A stretch of 48,800 bases of DNA from a virus (Duplodnaviria > Heunggongvirae > Uroviricota > Caudoviricetes). This document shows, one piece after another, positions 44,771 to 48,800 of this stretch. The notes under the pieces were generated by a model. That model made no database searches. It worked only from the letters and a program-made list of their open reading frames with translations, and had not been told where the DNA came from. Position 1 is the first letter of the stretch, and each line of letters opens with the position of its first letter. A program made the position numbers and the translations under genes. The stretch is from the IMG/VR virus record IMGVR_UViG_3300045256_000127, one strand, 5' to 3'.

Positions 44771-44801
44771 AGAAGGCGGGCCACTGGCCCGCCTTCTTTT
44801 T
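44771..44801. terminator. intrinsic terminator between convergent genes
   Basis: AGAAGGCGGGCC-ACT-GGCCCGCCTTCT-TTTT. Confidence 0.85.
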
Positions 44802-44802
44802 G

Positions 44803-44976
44803 TTAGCTGTTGGTTTCGTCTTTGGCGAGGATCACCCAGAAGGCGTGAATCACGCCGGGAATCCAACCGAAGAAGGTTAACACTAAGTTAATCCAGAAGT
44901 GTGCGGCCAAGCCTTCCTTCAGTGCAACACCGAGGGGCGGCAGGAAAAAGGCACACACGAGACGCAGTAAGTCCAT
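44803..44976 (-). CDS. YqaE/Pmp3 (UPF0057) small membrane protein
   Basis: 57 aa; FFLPPLGV...FWINLVLTFFGWIPGVIHAFWV; too short for the ORF track. Confidence 0.9.
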   Translation of the reverse strand: MDLLRLVCAFFLPPLGVALKEGLAAHFWINLVLTFFGWIPGVIHAFWVILAKDETNS

Positions 44977-45015
44977 AGTTCCTCCTTACAGACGGCTACT
45001 AAGCCAGGAGTATGT

Positions 45016-45351
45016 ATGCCTAATAAACACTATCACTCGGGGTACGACTACTTTACCCCGGAACCCGGTACTCAGATCGACATGTTCTGCAAAGCCTGCC
45101 GGGACAAGATGGACGTGGAGCGGAACGTGAACGGCCCGACCAGTTGGGCCGAGTCGATGGGCAAGGGTAAGCACTTGCACGACAAGTTCATCTGCCCGAA
45201 CTCGGGCGAGGACTGGCACGACCAATTGATCGCCCTCGACAAAGAGATGAGGAAGACGAGCAGTTCCCAGGTGGCCGCTCTGATCGAATCAGAAATTGAA
45301 GAAGTGCGAAGGACTCGGGTATGCACCCGGAAAGCGAACATGTGGTGCTAA
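45016..45351 (+). CDS. hypothetical zinc-ribbon-like protein
   Basis: CKAC...HxxFICP; AGGAG RBS. Confidence 0.65.
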   Translation: MPNKHYHSGYDYFTPEPGTQIDMFCKACRDKMDVERNVNGPTSWAESMGKGKHLHDKFICPNSGEDWHDQLIALDKEMRKTSSSQVAALIESEIEEVRRTRVCTRKANMWC

Positions 45352-45358
45352 ATACCAC

Positions 45359-45607
45359 ATGCTCACTTTCAAGCAGTTCATGGCTGAGTCTTTCCGCACG
45401 GGTGCGAAGCTCGGCCTGTACGCTCCGATTGACGACGCCCTGGGCCAGTACCCGCCGCTTTACGGGACGCCCAGGGCTTCCGATCTCATCACCTACATCG
45501 ACATCGCCTACAAGGGCGGTGAGCCGACCGGGAAGAACGGGATCATCCGCTACCACGACAAAGACCCTCGGGTGAGCAACACCCACGTCAAAAAGAGACG
45601 AAAATGA
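45359..45607 (+). CDS. hypothetical protein with internal-protein-like N-terminus (MLTFKQFMAES)
   Basis: TAAATA 4 nt upstream. Confidence 0.65.
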   Translation: MLTFKQFMAESFRTGAKLGLYAPIDDALGQYPPLYGTPRASDLITYIDIAYKGGEPTGKNGIIRYHDKDPRVSNTHVKKRRK

Positions 45608-45879
45608 GATGGCTTATGAGAATGCTGACTAAATTGAAGAGAGAGAAAGTGGAAGAAAAACCAATCGTTCCGGTCGTCCCACGGCCGACCCCAGATGTCC
45701 GCTCACGTCTGACCGCCCAGGGTTACAGAATTCTCGAACTCCCGATCCGCTCACGAGAGACGATCCGGGGTTACAAAATCGTCGTCTCAGGCAAAGGCAA
45801 GACGCTCAGCGTCGAGGCCAAGACCGCCGACGAAGGAGTGAACACGCTGGGCAAGATGCTCGGCTTAATCGCAAGGTAA
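45604..45879 (+). CDS. hypothetical protein
   Basis: ATGA overlap. Confidence 0.6.
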   Translation: MRWLMRMLTKLKREKVEEKPIVPVVPRPTPDVRSRLTAQGYRILELPIRSRETIRGYKIVVSGKGKTLSVEAKTADEGVNTLGKMLGLIAR

Positions 45880-45882
45880 GCT

Positions 45883-46800
45883 ATGTTGAAAAACATTGGG
45901 TTGGACATGATCCGGGTCACTGAGGGAGCAGCCATCGCTGCGAGCCAGTGGGTCGGCAGTGGTAACAAAGAAGCCGCCGATAAGGCGGCTTCCGACGCTA
46001 TGAGGGAACGCTTCGCCGAGATCGACTTCCTCGGCCGGGTTGCCATTGGTGAAGGAGTTAAAGACAAGAGCTACGGACTCTTCCAGGGCGAGATGGTCGG
46101 GGGTGCCGCCAGGACTCCAGAGACATGTTTCGATCTCGCCATCGACCCCATCGAAGGCACAACCCCGACCGTCACGTCCGGGCCGGAGGCCATCAGCACC
46201 ATCGCCTTCTCCAACGAGAACACGATGTACCAGACGCCCGCCTTCTACATGAACAAGCTGGCTTACGGCAAGGAGATCGCCTCGAAGGGCCGGTTCAGCA
46301 TCAACATGCACATCACGCAGATCGTGAAGCACATGTCGTCGCAGATCGGCAAGCCGCTCGACAAGATGATGGTCTGCATCCTGAACCGCCCCCGCCACGA
46401 GGAATGGATCAAGGGTCTTCGGGAACTCGGCGTTCGGATCAAGCTCATTCAGGACTGCGACGTGTCCGGTGCGATTGCGGCCTGCCTGCCGAACAGCGGC
46501 GTGGACTTGCTCTACGGCATCGGCGGCGCACCGGAGGCGGTGATCTCCGCAGCGGCGATCAAGTGCATGGGCGGGGACTTCCAGGTCTACGAGGTAGACA
46601 AAGAGATGAAGCAGTCCTCTCCAATCCTGGGGATGGAAGACTTAGTTAAAGGCGAGTGTGCCTTCGTGGCGACGGGCATCACCCGTGGCAGCATTCTGGA
46701 CGGCGTGCGGGTGGTCAACGGCCGACCCGTCACCAACAGCGTGTTCATGCGAAGCACGAGTAACACTATTCGATGGATGACTACCGAACATGGGAACTAA
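45883..46800 (+). CDS. glpX: class II fructose-1,6-bisphosphatase
   Basis: AIGEGVKD, DLAIDPIEGT, LNRPRH, IQDCDVSG, GIGGAPEAV and FVATGIT. Confidence 0.93.
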   Translation: MLKNIGLDMIRVTEGAAIAASQWVGSGNKEAADKAASDAMRERFAEIDFLGRVAIGEGVKDKSYGLFQGEMVGGAARTPETCFDLAIDPIEGTTPTVTSGPEAISTIAFSNENTMYQTPAFYMNKLAYGKEIASKGRFSINMHITQIVKHMSSQIGKPLDKMMVCILNRPRHEEWIKGLRELGVRIKLIQDCDVSGAIAACLPNSGVDLLYGIGGAPEAVISAAAIKCMGGDFQVYEVDKEMKQSSPILGMEDLVKGECAFVATGITRGSILDGVRVVNGRPVTNSVFMRSTSNTIRWMTTEHGN

Positions 46801-47170
46801 GCAAATGGAACTCCGCTCGATCATCATCTCCCTGCTCCGGCAGGGGATGGGGTTCGGCGTCGAGTTGTTCGACGTGTTGTCGATTGACGAACTGGAAGAC
46901 GGCACCTTCCGAGTCCTCGACCAGCGGAATTGGGAAGAGGAAATCTGCAAAGGCGAGGAACACATCTTCAAGGACGTGAAGGAAGCCGTAGACAAGTTCT
47001 TGGCATTGCGTGAAGAACGGCAGTTGGGGTATGATTTTGAAACCGGCAAGGCACCGCCAACAGCAGCGGAGATGGATTTAGTGAATCAATTGCGGAGTGC
47101 AAGGATTAGCCCGCAGGAAGTGATGAAATGGCTCTCCTCCCAGCAGAACAAGACGAACACGACACCGTAG
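46790..47170 (+). CDS. hypothetical protein
   Basis: ORF track, overlaps the glpX stop. Confidence 0.65.
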   Translation: MGTKQMELRSIIISLLRQGMGFGVELFDVLSIDELEDGTFRVLDQRNWEEEICKGEEHIFKDVKEAVDKFLALREERQLGYDFETGKAPPTAAEMDLVNQLRSARISPQEVMKWLSSQQNKTNTTP

Positions 47171-47200
47171 ACTACACAGATTCCGACCCTCCCGGACGAA

Positions 47201-47400
47201 ATGGCCGAGTGCGTTTGGGAGGCGTTGAACCTGGGTCGTCGGATGGGCCGTTACACCGAACCGCCGTACTATCTAAGCGATTGCCCCTTCCAACCAGGGA
47301 GTGAACTTGCGTTCGCCTGGAGGAAGGGGTTTCTCAATCCCAACTCTAAAAACCCTCGCCCCGTGTTCCCCGAACGGGTGAACTGGCGGCGTGACGGGTT

Positions 47401-47404
<4 letters not shown>
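47201..47404 (+). CDS. small protein with Rmf-like CPF...AWxxG motif
   Basis: [17 protein letters not shown]. Confidence 0.45.
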
Positions 47405-48448
<1,044 letters not shown>

Positions 48449-48800
48449 GTGAAACCCTTCCCAGAAACCTACGGAAATCTGGGTTTGACGAAACCAACCC
48501 AACCTACTGCCGTTATACGCAGCGAGTCTTCAACGGGTTGATCCGTACTGGCCTTGCGGCAAGGCTCTTATCCAGTCGTCCGAGAAACTCAGAGTTCTGG
48601 ATTACTTTTCTGCCGATGTTGCAACTCCCGTTCACATCGGCATTCACTACACGACCGTCAGCAGAACGATACAAGCCACGCTTGACACGGCGACCACTGA
48701 ACTCATGACTCACGCCACGCTCGTACTTGGGAAGGGGATCACGGTCAAGGAAGCTGGCTTGACTGGTATACGCTTCCTCCGTGAACACAACCTCAAGTCC
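48449..48800 (-). mobile_element. IS200/IS605-family element right end (partial)
   Basis: tnpB 3' end, subterminal hairpin 48460-48483, inferred end TTCAC at 48453-48449. Confidence 0.7.
48513..48800 (-). CDS. tnpB: TnpB RNA-guided endonuclease, C-terminal fragment
   Basis: EEAYTSQASFLD and NADVNGSCNI (RuvC-II Glu and RuvC-III Asp). Confidence 0.88.
   Translation of the reverse strand, partial: GLEVVFTEEAYTSQASFLDRDPLPKYERGVSHEFSGRRVKRGLYRSADGRVVNADVNGSCNIGRKVIQNSEFLGRLDKSLAARPVRINPLKTRCV

Overview
This window looks like part of a large T4-like or jumbo phage genome, probably infecting a planctomycete. The phage call rests on dense orphan ORFs, phoH, nrdJ, a gp46/gp47-like pair, dut, pyrG, a dispersed tRNA array and T4-like late-promoter and capsid-targeting motifs; no virion structural gene is recognisable here. 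The host call rests on a DUF1559 gene. 1-26 kb holds metabolic and replication genes: a TPP decarboxylase, infC, an amino-sugar/glycosyltransferase cluster, dnaJ, dut, phoH, a class II GATase, pyrG, nrdJ, sbcC/sbcD-like genes, an HNH nuclease, and an unassigned ~240-nt structured RNA. The best find is at 26.55-26.76 kb: a sigma70 promoter, a 24-aa leader peptide and a complete 1:2 / 2:3 / 3:4 transcription attenuator. Leader codons 4-15 (YSFSLSYLSSLL) are all Tyr, Ser, Phe or Leu. The attenuator precedes a ~17 kb region whose readable tRNA genes carry only Tyr, Ser, Phe and Leu anticodons, apart from one Leu-type body with UUU. This suggests a phage sensor of tRNA depletion that switches on its own replacement tRNAs. 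Many of these tRNAs are non-canonical: 8/4 Ser, short-variable-arm Leu, a D-arm-less Tyr, and genes with 56-80 nt structured inserts in the anticodon arm. The window ends in an IS200/IS605 tnpB element whose right end appears to sit in the conserved [10 protein letters not shown] motif of the DUF1559 gene. All product calls come from motif recognition by eye, all RNA folds were done by hand, and no database search was run.
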